Below are positions 37,942 to 51,710 of a DNA stretch of 64,000 nt, piece by piece. Under the pieces are notes generated by a model. That model worked only from the letters and a program-made list of their open reading frames with translations. It made no database searches and was not told the origin of the DNA. This stretch comes from Lytechinus pictus (Eukaryota), in assembly GCF_037042905.1 (NCBI RefSeq), contig NC_087245.1, forward strand, positions 20,834,001 through 20,898,000, given 5' to 3'. The stretch's first letter is position 1. Each line of letters starts with the position of its first letter. A program made the translations under genes and the position numbers.

Positions 37942-40058
37942 GAATCCCTTTCCTGAAATCCCTTCGTTGGAAGATTGCCATAAACTTTGCTTCTATAAAT
38001 ATATATTTTTTTCTTTTAAAGTTTCACCGATTACATATGAATTTATTATTATGTTTTATTAATTTGTTTTAAACCCGAACCCGTCAAGGTGCGTTCTCGT
38101 TTAGAAAATTTGTTGAAGTAAGATTTAGGAATTGAATTGCGAATCTGGATTTCGTTCATGGCTGTTTTAATCCTGCTTTTTAAAACATGCTACGGACATT
38201 ACAGAAAGGGAAAATGAAGTGTGTCGTACATGTTTCTGTGAAAATTGACAATTATTGACTCATTTTAAGAGTTAAATTACAGCAATTACTAAAGAAAATA
38301 CTTCAACCACTTGAGGTAATATGAGTACAAGAAGGGGATTCGCAAATCAGAAAGAATCTCTCCCCGCATTCAGAAGAGAGAAGAGTTGAATCGATATTCA
38401 AGATAGAATTTGGATATATAACGTTTACTATTCGCTGCGTCCAGACACTATTTACCTAAAATCCAAAAGAAACTGGCTAGAAGAACTTTATAACTCTCTT
38501 CTTGGCATCAAACCCTTGGCATCAAACCTTGGCATATTGTTTTGAGAAAGTAGGCAAAACTTTAATCTAAGTATATCCAGTTTAAAAGAAATTTCCATTG
38601 CTATGGTTGCTTGATTTTTCTTTCTTAATTCAAATCAACTTGACTGGGGTTGGGGACTTCATCTTTAAAAAACTCGGAGATAGTAATTGATTCGTTAGTG
38701 ATTTATATTAAGTTAGCTGATTACAAGAACAGAAGTGATACCAAACTGGTTACATTTCAGTGACGCATAAAGTCAATGAACTTCTGGTCTCACCTCGTTT
38801 CTATCCCATCTCCCCAGATACACAATACTGTGAGTTAATGTAGCTTATAGACAACGTTCATTCCATGCGCCATTAAATTTTCTCTATCACAGCATAAAAT
38901 CAAAAGACACTGTATTAGCAATCTTTGCTCCTTTCGCCATCAAAACGGCTACAGACATGGCCATATTTGATTGACTTGAATTTTTGATAGTTCAAGATCA
39001 AATTCAGACTTTTACGTCATTTGGGCCTGTCACTGTCTTGTCAAAGCGATGTAAAAAGATCAACCAAGAATTTAGGGTTAGGATTAGAATTCAAAATAAC
39101 AACAATATTATTTTCATTCCTTACTTGTTTGTGCTTGGGGTTTGTGGGGAGAAGCCGTATGTTCTTCGGTAGTCTATCCTAACTGGTTTTATCCTCGTCA
39201 AGATTCAAGATATATTTATTGAATTAAGCAGCTCGAAGGCTGAATTTCCATTGAATTCACAGTGGAGAAAAACTTTTAATACAGGTCGTTCGATTTACAT
39301 CATGATCATGATGATACCACAACATTCATTATTGGGGGAGGGAAGGGGGATATATATCGGTTCTAATGTCCCCTTTCCAATCTCATCGCGCCCTCAGATC
39401 TCTCCCATGGCGAGGTCATTACGGATTGACACCAATCAAGAAGAGATTCACCACATCTATCACTTTCTTGATTGCAAGATGCACTTTTGACCGAGAAGGA
39501 TCTTCAAGATTATATTCCACCCGTGGGGGAAAAGTGATTTTGAACGAAACCTAACCAAATGACCAACCACTTGTGTGTACATGACATAGACAAAAATATG
39601 CGACATATTTATCAAGTGGAAGATGAATAATTGCAGAAGATCTGTCTTTTTTTTTTCAGCATTAAATCATTGGACATGCCCTGTGGACCTTTCCGGTGGA
39701 ATTTTTAAGCGTATTCTGTTTTATAGATAGTGTTTCGTTGTTGCATATATTTCTCAGAAATGACACAATATAATTTTTAAATAAAAAAATCATCCTTGAT
39801 TAAAAATACGTTTTTTTATAAATTATTTCCTACTACGACTACTCGAGTTCTGACGTAAATCCGTGTGCCCAAACAAATTTGCATACAAAGCGTGACGAAT
39901 CGTGATCCCTCTCGTGACTACTAGATCATCCACTCTTTGACAAGTGAAGATGAGATACGTGACTTCACATACAGGTGATAAGACAATTGAGAAAGAGATG
40001 ATAAACAAGAACTCCGATGTATGACACAACATTTGGAGGGTATATTCGGAACCTTTAA

Positions 40059-40639
40059 AGGAGAATGAAACTCTTGGAGCAAGTTAGCTTTTGTGAAAGC
40101 AGAAAAATCAAAGAATAAGATCAACAAAAGTTTGAGTAAAATAGGACTAGCAATAGAAGAGTTATGAGCATTTGAATGTCGAGATCACTAATGCTATGGA
40201 GATCCTCCCATTGGCAATGCGACCAAGATCTATGATGTCACAGATGAACAACTCTCCCCTTTTGGACACTGAAAATATACCCCAAAACATCTCTTTTTGC
40301 TCATTCTAATAATATGACAAACGATTCATCAATGATATAATGTTGTGAAACCTCTGTACTTGTCCTCTCATAAAGAGAACACCTCACCTTGTGATAGACT
40401 CTATAAAAGTGAGAATATAAGTGAAATAAGTACTAAAGTAATGAGGGAGTTGTACGTGTGTGACATCACAGATCTTGGTCGCATTGCCAATGGGAGGATC
40501 TACATGGCATTAGTGATCTCAATATTCAAATGCTCATAACTTTCTTATTATTCATTCAATCTTCCTCAAACTTTCAACAATATATTTCTTTGATTTTTCT
40601 CTTTATGGATTCAGTTGGTTTCAAGGGTTTCATTCTCCT
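40059..40639. mobile_element. Kolobok-like non-autonomous element with TTAA TSD and long internal inverted repeats
   Basis: ttaa|aggagaatgaaac ... gtttcattctcct|ttaa; an ~80-bp inverted pair at ~40161-40242 and ~40459-40540. Confidence 0.9.
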
Positions 40640-42398
40640 TTAAAGTGCCATCGACCAGATGGCATGTCGACATAATAACGTTATTATGTCAACATGAGAT
40701 ATATATCTTGTCAAGTCGACTTACAAAGAGTTGTGTGTCAACATTGCGAGATATGTTGTAGATATACATCTTGCCATGTCAACATATTAGTTATGAATCG
40801 ACTTGGCAAGGTAAAATACCTCACCATCTCGTCAACCCGATGAATTGTTACTGTGACTAATTTATTTCTATATTTACTTTAACTGTTCTCCCATAGATTA
40901 TCAATGCTATACAAAATGCGTATTTCCCAACCCTTACACTTACCATATTGCTATATGGGATTATGCATCCATCTCTTATCGGCTCACATCAAAAATAAGA
41001 AAATGACGTAGCTGTTACATGACCTTAATATAAACCCTGGATTTCCTAAATTGGACTATCATGGATGACTATAAAATTCATCTATTTTTATAATGGCAAA
41101 ACTATATATTTTTTTTAATTCTCATTTGTTCAATTCATTTGTCCTTAAATCATGACATTTTTAATACGTTAAAAATGTACAAGAAAGCTAAATGCAATTG
41201 CATATATTATTATGTTAGATACTTCTTTCCATTCAAAATAGCTAAAGCCTTTAGAAAAATGGATTTATATTTTTTTCATTGTTATTTACAAGTTGGATGA
41301 AATATTGCATTTATTATTTATTTAATTTTGGAATTCACCTGTTCTTACATGAGTGCTATGATAAAGATATTATTGGGTGTGTGTAAATACATTATTAAAG
41401 ACAAGAGAAGTAATTAAGATGAATTTAAGATTAAAAAAACACAGTTATTTAGAAAGGCAAATTAACGGGTATCTCCAAACTTGAGATGGGTGAGTCCATC
41501 GATCTCAATTAGGCTTTAGAAGAAAAAAAGGAGTAAACATCGAAGCAAAAGAACAGATGACTTCCCCATGCAGTAAACAGAGAAATATCACTGAGCTGAG
41601 CATTAAATCGTGTAAGAGCCATACATAAGGATTGTTATGAACAGAGACATTTGTGAGAAGAGAAATACGATGCCTCAGGCCATGCACGTTCTTTAGCGAG
41701 TCGATATGCAAACTGCGTAACTCAATGGTGTGCTTGAATTGTTTTGAAGTATGCCCTCTGGCGACCAAACTAGGAAGTTCGTGTCATTTTGGTTGGCTCG
41801 TTGATCGTTTTCGTGCCTACGCCATGATGAATGTTCAATACAATATGACTTTATCGTTATATATTTCTCAATAAAATTGCAATCTTACCCTGTTAAGTTA
41901 TTTGAATAATTTGATTTGCATCATTAAATATTTATGATACTGTTGATTAATGAAAAGTGAGGTAATGAAGTATTGGACGTTGACATTTAGTAGAGATCAA
42001 ACTTAGATATGAACTCATAGATTTAGATGACGTGGGCCAAAGTTTGGGAAATGTGAAATTTGTTGCATTGTGGAATTCTGGAAGAAGATAACATATACCC
42101 CCCCCCAAAAAAAAAAAAAAAAAAAAAAAAAAATAGGCGTTATGAAAACGAATTAAAGATGAAATTGACTTCGTTTGGTAGTACTGGTAATTTGATGAAA
42201 TAATATGATTTTTTTAAACATATATTTTTTGTATGTCAGTATTTTCTAAACCATTTTCAATAAACCTTTGCATTTTGAATATTGAATATATACAGTACTT
42301 CCAAATAGAAAGTGTATCAAAATTAGTTATATATAACTTCAAAATTATGTTATCCTTTTTGCAATATATCAGTCAAGTTTTAATCGATGCTGGTTAAG

Positions 42399-42503
42399 TG
42401 TAACCTTATATTTCATTTTATTGTATTTTCTTTCTCTTCCTTTTATGTCTTCTTGAAATCGATGTCTCCTTTCACCACTGTACAACTAACCAAATAGGTA
42501 AGT
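42399..42503 (+). promoter_or_regulatory. Candidate recursive splice site 2 (zero-length exon TAG|GTAAGT at 42497/42498)
   Basis: No AG in 42399-42495; pyrimidine tract at ~42425-42474; caactaaccaaatag|gtaagt. Confidence 0.6.
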
Positions 42504-43176
42504 CCATTATGTTTATTCGAAAGATGGTGCAAACTGGGAATGTCTTGCAGTTGTTATTGAGTGTTGATAGTATCAGAGTGATACAGTGAAGATCATGACC
42601 AGATATAAGTCAAACAAGTCATATGGATTCTGAGAAGAGATTGAAAATATTGGTTTGCTGTTGTTAATGTTGAGAAAACCATTATTGATGAATGATGATG
42701 ATGGTGGCGGCTGTGATGAGAATGGTGGTGATGATTGTGATTATGATTGTGACGATGACAATGATGTGTAAACTTATAAACTACGGAAATATTAAAGTTG
42801 AAATACAAGTAGTGAAGTCGTTATGCATAGAGATGTATATCTCTATAGTGTTGTGTCTGATACAGTTTACGGTATAGTGACGATTTAATATGTTGATGCT
42901 GATAATGATGATGAAGGTGGCGATAGCGTTGGTATTGAGAATGATGATGATGATGGTGGTTGTGGGAATAATTATACAGTATGGGTAGCTTTAGAATTGG
43001 TATTGAGGAATTAATGGGGCGATAACTTGGGCAATTCCGCTCAATAATATTTCAAGTGATGGTAAGCACTCAATAATTCTTGCGCGAGCTAGTCAATCTG
43101 TGCAAAAACTGTCTTTGTGTTTGCGCCCTCTAGTGTTGAAATATTTCGGTGTGTTATAGATTATACTAATAATGCT

Positions 43177-43680
<504 letters not shown>

Positions 43681-46154
43681 ATGACGACAATGACGAACGA
43701 CGATGAAGATTTCTATACTATACTGCTATTTTATTTAATGATTGCATTACTTTATGACATATAAAATTGTAAATACAAAGTGAGAGAAATAGATAAATAG
43801 ACAAAAAAGACAGTGAAAGGATAAAATTAGCAATTAGTGAATGGTGAGATAAAGGGAAAAAGAGGAAAGAAAGTAGGCAGAGATAGATAGAGATAGGGAG
43901 AGAGGGAGATTGAGAAGAGGGGGGAGATAGAGAGAAATAGGTGTTGTAATTTTCTACCAATTAAGTGAAGGAGAGAATCATTGTATTCAATGACACCAAT
44001 GACGGTTTTTGTCAGGCAGCGTCAAATAAACGTCACAGGTGGAATCCAGTTAATTGTTTAATATGTCTACCAGGTATATCGATTGATTGATTGAGTTCCA
44101 ATACTGGATGACACCCAGGATAGTAACATTGTTATTCGTATAAGCCTTCATTATGTTATTCACAAACGACATTTTAATTTCATCTCCAAAATTCTTTGTG
44201 CTTGGTCATGGTATGTTTAAGGTGAACAAGTTTATTATTTTTTCAAACAAATGCCAATGGCAATAATTATGCTTGTTTTGAATACATAATCTTATTCCAT
44301 TTTGTAATAAACGTTGTTTGCATGATTGCGAAGTTCGTCTAAAATCGATGCACTTTCAAGGTTTCTAATGGTGGAAATGCAGTATACTTCAATTTTATTC
44401 AATAATATTTTTGCTACAGCCAGTTATGATTTAATGAAAAAGCTATCTGCATGATTGTGCTTTTCGGAGAAACAATTGTACTTTCTGATTCCAAACTCTA
44501 TTTCAATTTACAAAAATGTCTACAATTCTGAAGAATATATGATCAGAGTATATAATGAAATTAATGAACTCTGTCAATGAAAAGTAAATGCACATCCATC
44601 AACCGATTTATACTATTTGAATCATTAGACTCCTGTTTTATACTCATCACATGATTCGTATAATTTACCTCCATATCGGCATCAATCATTCTAATTTAGA
44701 ATAGGCCTATATCGAAAGAACTGCTTTGTCGTCACATTTCTGACGATGTGGATATACTCCATCCTAGTCTGCTCAACGTGTGTGTCCTACAGAATGTATA
44801 CAAATGCTGTTATTTTTATCATTATTCATATGAAATTATTGGAAATAAGTTAATTATTAATCGGTCATTCTGAAGTGCTTAAGTTATACGGTACCTGAAG
44901 GTTTAATGGATGTAAAAATCAATATTATATTCATAAACATGTTGCAATTTATAATAAATAAGTGTCTGTTTCCAATCGAAGCTTGCTTTTGTTTTTCTCT
45001 TTTTCATAATTTCACACCCGTATTCGTAATACAATTGAGTGCAAGGTCACCCGCCGAGTTGATAGTCTGTAGTGGCAGACCCGCCTGTGGAGTAGAACGT
45101 AATTTTGATTGGATATCACTCCAATAATTTTTTATAAGAGCTCCTATAGGATGCCGTTTGTCACGTGATCACGACTATTGCAGCCAGATCAAGACATTTT
45201 CAGTCGGAGGGGCAGAGTGTGGGAAAAAAACTTGATAATGACTACATTAAAAAATAAGATAAAAAGGAGGAAAACACAAAAATACAGGGAGGGATGACGC
45301 GTGAAGTTTGGACCCTTGCCCCTGCACCACTGACACTCGGTGCAGAACAAACTATGCATTAATCCATGCGAAAATGTATTTGTTTTTACAGAAAAGCTAT
45401 TCAATGAATTGCAAATCTTTGTAGAAGGCTAAACCATGGGTGCCTTGTGAGAAAACGGCATGTGTTTTCTGTCAACGACTTTGTGGCGCCTCCATAATTT
45501 ATGTTTCGGCCAGTGTTCGTTTGTGAAAAACCGATGCGTAATGAGAGATAATATTCTATCCGATCATGATTGTAGTAAACAATGCATGGTTTCTTTTACC
45601 AGTTCTTGTTCTGAATGCGAAAAAAATGTTTCATCCATATAAGTTTGCCTGGATGTTAGGCTTTGCCACTTAATATTACACTCATTATTATTATTTTCAT
45701 GCAGCGGACCTATCGAACATTATGTCAAAAAGGGATCGCAGACCCTAACTTTCATTTTTCTCTGATAAGTCCACATAGCCAAAATCTTGCTTGTGTATAA
45801 TTTCTCCACTGCCATAAAACTGCAAGACTTTCTTTACACAGAAATCGCTCAATCTCATTAAATTACTTACTCCTAACATTTTGTAAAAAATATCACAACG
45901 CAACAAGGAAACTAAAAGAGAATGTCATTTGTTTGTTTATAGCGTCCTACCAAACAAGAAAGCTGTTCCTCTCCACCCCCTCTCGTCATATCACGGAATA
46001 CTTCTGGTTAACAATTATTTCGAGGGTATTTATAGTCATACCTGGGGGGGGGGTCGATGAATCTGTGTACACAGGGCTGTTTAGCAAAACACTTTTCTTG
46101 TAACAATACTACAATCAAGAAAGGAAGAGAAAAAACGAGCTTAACGATACTAAT

Positions 46155-46228
46155 CATAACGAGTACCGAAGTGATGACGTCACAAAAAAATTGGAAAATT
46201 GATGACGTCACACTCCGGTACTCTTATG
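46155..46228. repeat. Short inverted repeat carrying two TGACGTCA palindromes
   Basis: cataacgagtaccgaagtgatgacgtca (46155-46182) pairs with tgacgtcacactccggtactcttatg (46203-46228). Confidence 0.7.
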
Positions 46229-46787
46229 AGATAGGAGTTACGAGTAATGACGTTCTTTTTGACCGTTTTATGATTTATACCACTTGTTTTAAGTTGCTAA
46301 CCTTTTCATACGTTAAAAGAATATATGTTTCACTTGTAATTTCAAAGCAGAGTGTTTGATAAGAGCAATGTTGACTTTGGTAATGGAAGAAAATGTTACT
46401 GGTTCAGCGGCAAGAGTTATGTAGCCCGAAAACCCATCCCTAAATTATTGGTTGCGCCCTTCTCTAGCTCTCAATCAGTGAGTCATGTTAGAAAGCATCT
46501 TGTATCTCGATGAACAAGATTAATATTGAGTAGTGATTCTGCCCCGGGAGAGAGGAAAATAAGCCTATTTCTCACTAAGAGAAACATGGATTTGAATTGT
46601 TCAGCCTTTATTGCATTTGTTTATGATCTGGATTAAATAATTGAAGTTTCGTTTTATGTTTGCCGCATTTTTGTCACGTAGTATGCTTTAGGTTGTTAAA
46701 CGGGGTTTTGTCTTGAAATTGGATTCACGTTTTAAAATGATTCCTTGAGAAATTTGCTGATCATGTTACCATATTCGTTATATTTCG

Positions 46788-46967
<180 letters not shown>

Positions 46968-46984
46968 AAAAATATCAATTATCT

Positions 46985-47252
46985 CATCGTCATCACCAGC
47001 TCCATCAATCATCATTATCTTTTTCAACATCACCACCCTTGCTTCCACTACCACCATCATCATCACAACCGCTACCACCATCACCATCAGCAGCATCACA
47101 GACACCATGCACCACCACTACCATAATAATTCACCACCACTACCACTACAATCAGCAGCAGCACCACAACCACCAGCACCATCACCACCACCATCACCAC
47201 CACCATCACCCCCACCATCACCTCCATCATCACCTGCATCATCCGTATCATC
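46985..47252. repeat. Degenerate (CAC/CAT)n tract
   Basis: Directly visible; source of the His/Pro-rich ORFs. Confidence 0.85.
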
Positions 47253-48379
47253 AAATCTTTACTTCTCATTTTCCCTTCCCCTTTCTTCATTATATTTTAT
47301 TAGTAGATTTCTACCATTCTCTTCCTAGTCACCCACCTCTGGCTCCCCCTTCACCCCTCCTCCCTTGACTTCTGGTCTGCTCTCCCCTTTACCATCTCCC
47401 ACTCTCCCTCATTCTCTACCTCTTGACACCTCCCTTCTCCGTCTTCATTTAATATCACATAAAATGTACCTTCTATGGCGTGCTCCCAAATCATATTCAC
47501 TTGATTTCTTACTTATTTATTTTATTGACATTCATTTATTCATTAAGAAATCAATACCGGTTCTAGATAGTGGAAATATGAGTACTTGAGCATGCTCACC
47601 AATTACGTTATCAGTGTTTCATTTGGACAATATTTGTCAAGCTCATTGACGACGTGGTAGACCCACTTCACGCCAAAAGAATAAAAATGCTTATTTTGCT
47701 GCACTTCGCTTTCCATACCTCAGACGACTATTTCGCAATACCACACACACTGTTTTGATAGTCTGCTAGGTCCGTTATGTTTTTTGAAGACACATTTTTT
47801 TCCCCTACCTTCTTTTCATATCTCGAACTTTTGTGGATGAATGGAGCGGAAAGTCGGTATAGTATTTCTCGGCTCATCGGCTGAGTGAACTCAGGTACAA
47901 TCTTAATTTTCCGACAGGGTATTTATAAACGACAAAAGCAGGCTTGCGATTTGCAAAGGATGAATGAGGTTTCAATCATAATTTCGATGCATGGTTGGGG
48001 CGATATCGATATTAGTCTGGTCTGTTAGCGGAATTATGTGGACACGGTGGACAAAAGCATGATTTTTTCTCCAGACCTTTGTTTATGTATGAGAATTAAA
48101 AATGGGGTATGCTCCAAAAAATCTGGCTGCAGGAACAGTGAAAAAATGGGTGAAAATGTCAGAATTTATGAGTTTAGATTGGTCTGATATATAGACTAGC
48201 GCTAGTGCAAAACTCAATAGCAGTGCATTATTTTGCATTGGTTTAGTTCTTGAATTCAGACCCTTTTTGAACAGATATTCTGTTTGTCCTCACATCTCAA
48301 TGCACTAAATATCTGAATGCAGATGCTAAACAAGCCGAAGGGTGGTGATGGAGGGGGTTGAATGTTGGTGTGTATGTAC

Positions 48380-49000
48380 ATATTTTGGTCTTGGGGTAAA
48401 GATGTGCAAGGCATATTTTTTTGCATGTGTTGGAAATTGTGTTGCCATGGTAACAGTGTATTATGGCAAAAATAAGGTACAAATCTTGCAGTTAGAACTA
48501 CTTCCTCTGTTGTCACCCGATTCTCATGAAATTTGGCACACACATTGGTCTTGAGGTGAAGATGTCTAAGACACATTTTGTGTGTCTTTCAAAAATCTTG
48601 TTACCATGGTAACAACATATTATTTGGTGAAAATTGGGGAAAAAATTACAATTCAAACTGCTTCATCAGTTTTAAATCAATTCTCATGAAATTTGACACA
48701 CACATTGGTATTAGGGTAAAGATGTACAAGGCACTATTTGTATGTGTTTCATAAATTGTGTTGCCATGGTAACAACATATTATATGGCAAAATTTAGGTA
48801 AAAACCTTGCAATTTGAACAACTTCATCAGTTTTGAACCATTTCTCATGAAACTTGGCTCATACATTTGCTTTGAGGTAAAGATGTGCAAGAACCATTTT
48901 ATGTGTGCATTTGTCAGAGTATATTGCCATGGTAACCACATATGATAGCCAGAAATGCAGGAAAATTCATTGTGGATCAAACAACTTCCCCTTTTTTTAG
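48380..49000 (+). repeat. Tandem ~160-bp subrepeats in the left foldback arm (mirrored at ~51800-52400), each with GTTRCCATGGYAAC
   Basis: Motif at 48441, 48600, 48760 and 48923 (variant); tctcatgaaa(t/c)ttg and ggt(a/g)aagatgt recur with the same period. Confidence 0.88.
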
Positions 49001-51138
49001 TCAGTGCTCATAAAAGTTGGAAGAAATATTCATCTTTGGGTAAAGATTCATATTAAATTCTAAACTGCATTAAAAATATATGAGTGTGGGGGTATTAATC
49101 ACCTTCAGTAATATTTCTAGGTTTTGGGGGAGGAGCGGGATTGGTCCTTAAAATCTGACCTCAAAATAAAGGTTAAAGGCGGTGTCCATTAACACTCTTG
49201 AAATAAGCATCCCCTCAAGAGCATAGGCTGGGGGTACACTGGGTGAATGTGAAACCTTCCGCTCTGGCAAAGGAGTTCCAACACTGGTAAGCAAAACAAA
49301 ATGTGTACCCCTTCTACTTTCAACGGCTGATTTTTCAAACCCTAGTTCCACCTTCCCAAGATGTGCACCCCTCCCCATACCACTTCTATCTCCCTATGCT
49401 CAACCAGTCTACGCCTTTGCCCCTCAGGGGTCTTTGTATTTTAAAGCGAGACATTACTCCCTTTTTTTTTGGGGGGGGGGTCTTTAGAAAATGACCTCAT
49501 AAAAGTAAAAGTTAAAGGATTATGACTAAGAACTTAACCCCCCCCCAAACAAATGGGGCTGATATATTTTTTGAGCAGAAAAATGCCCCCCCCCCCCATT
49601 AAAAGGTAAGAAGATTCATTTGCACTTCAGAGTTCAGACCATTCATTTGATGTTTAATGCATTCTGCTTTGGTAAAAAATTGTTTACAGTTGCCAATTAA
49701 TCATTGTTTATTTATATTCTCATACTCAGTCTTTTATTCATATTCCATTCCTACTCTTTCTTTTTAACTATATCACATCACTCTTGATTTTGAGCTTCAC
49801 CATACCATCTTTTGTTTCCTCTCTCCTTTTTTTACCCTCTCTTCTCTCCAAGTATATTTTTTCTGACATATTATAAAGTGAACCTTTAATCATGCAACTA
49901 ATTATAGAAATATATATATATATATATACAAAAATCTCTGCACTTGTTTTAGAAATTCACTTGCAAATCCATGACTCAATAGCATACCATATCAAAAATA
50001 TGCATATGTGCACAATAATTTTTTGCCTTCAATTTTATTTCATTTAATTTTTTCAGTATAATTGTCAAAAAATGAATATTATGTTTCAGTAGCAAAAATG
50101 CAAGATCTGACTGTCACAAAAAATGCAAATAATTTTGCATTGGAGTAAGGACGAACGTATTCACTGTTCATTGAGCAAATGATGACTTTTATTTCTCTAC
50201 ATATATTCTAGTCATATCCCTTTCAGATGGTGGTAACTGCAGGAATGGGAAAACTCAGTGATATAACTAAAATTTTCACAGAGGGTTTTCGGAAAACAAC
50301 TAAATCCATTTTTTTTCAAGCAACAGTTATTCCATTCTGAATGCTGCAACTATGAATTTGATGCACCTTTACCGAAATATAATATCATGACAGCCATTTC
50401 TTCAATTCTTTAAACTAGACATTAAATATAGCTAATAGTATTATTTAGGACAGAGTGTAGCCAAAATAGAGTTTAGAAGATTATGAAGAAAAGAATAAAT
50501 GTCATGGTATTATATTTCAGTGTAGGTGTAAGCATTCAAAATGGAATAATTGTTGCTAGATAATAATGAATTAAAATAGCAAAAAAAAATGTACTTAGAG
50601 AGGGAGAAAAAGAGGGGGGAGGGAGGAAACAAAACAAGAAGGTATGGTAAAGCTCTAAAGTGCAAAAAGTGCAAAAAGTGATGTAAGAAAGTCAGAGTAA
50701 ACACTGAAATGAACAAAGACTGAGTAGAAGGAGATAAATAAAATGTTGATTAATTGGGCACCGGAAATGATCTTTTATCAAACCAGAATGTTTAAGGCTT
50801 TAAATTAATACGCTGAAGTGTAAAGGATTTTTCTTCCCCCTTTTTTTTTTTTTTTTTTTTTGGGGGGGGGGTCAGTTCCTAGTTGTAATTATTTCCTTTT
50901 ACTCTTTATGTGGCAATTTTCTAAAGGCCCCCCCCCCCCCACAAAAAAAAAAAAAAATGGAAGGGGTGCTTTCTTTAAGAGTGTTTAAGTTCCTAATGGC
51001 CATGTCCTTTAACCTTCTATATTTTTATGTTGTCAGTTTTTAAGGACCTCCTCCGCCCCCCCTAAAAAAAAAAGAACCTATAAATATTATTGAAGGTGAT
51101 TAATACCATGAATACCCTGCGCTATTTTATGATGTTAA

Positions 51139-51710
51139 AGGGGAATCCAAACCAAATAAACACTTGTTTTTATGAGGAAAAGAAAAAATCAGACAAAAGG
51201 TCAAAGTTTGAACAATATTGGACAAACCATAAGAAAGTTGTGAATATATAAAAGTTGTAAACATTGGTAATCACTATATACCCATGAAGACTTCAAATTG
51301 GCCGCACATGTGATGTCATAATGATGTAAGGGAAGGACCACTCTTCCATGTACAGAAATAATTAATTGACTAAAATGTCTTTTTCAAAAGTTTTTCTTCA
51401 AATTGTATCTTTCTTTCATGAGGACATAAAGCATTATACTAACAGGTTTATATTACGGCCCCAATGAAATTTAGGAGAAAAACAAAAATCAAAGTACAAG
51501 GCCAATGGGAAAGTTGTCCTTGCGGCCTCACCCCTTGTCATAATTTACTTACCCATTATCAATTTGAAATCTACATACTAGTAGCCTTAGGGATCTTAAT
51601 TTTAAAGCAGCCATAACTTTATTTTGCTTGTCCGATTGCTTTCAAACTTTCACCATTCTTATTTTTCTCCTTTTCCACACAACATTTTATGACCAAGGCT
51701 GGATTCCCCT
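51139..51710. mobile_element. Kolobok-like element with TTAA TSD inserted in the right foldback arm only
   Basis: ttaa|aggggaatcca ... tggattcccct|ttaa. The flanks join to match the uninterrupted left arm at ~49050-49080. Confidence 0.9.

Noticed and set aside
47039..47368. His/Pro-rich extensin-like ORFs
   Set aside because: Degenerate CAC/CAT microsatellite without splice support.
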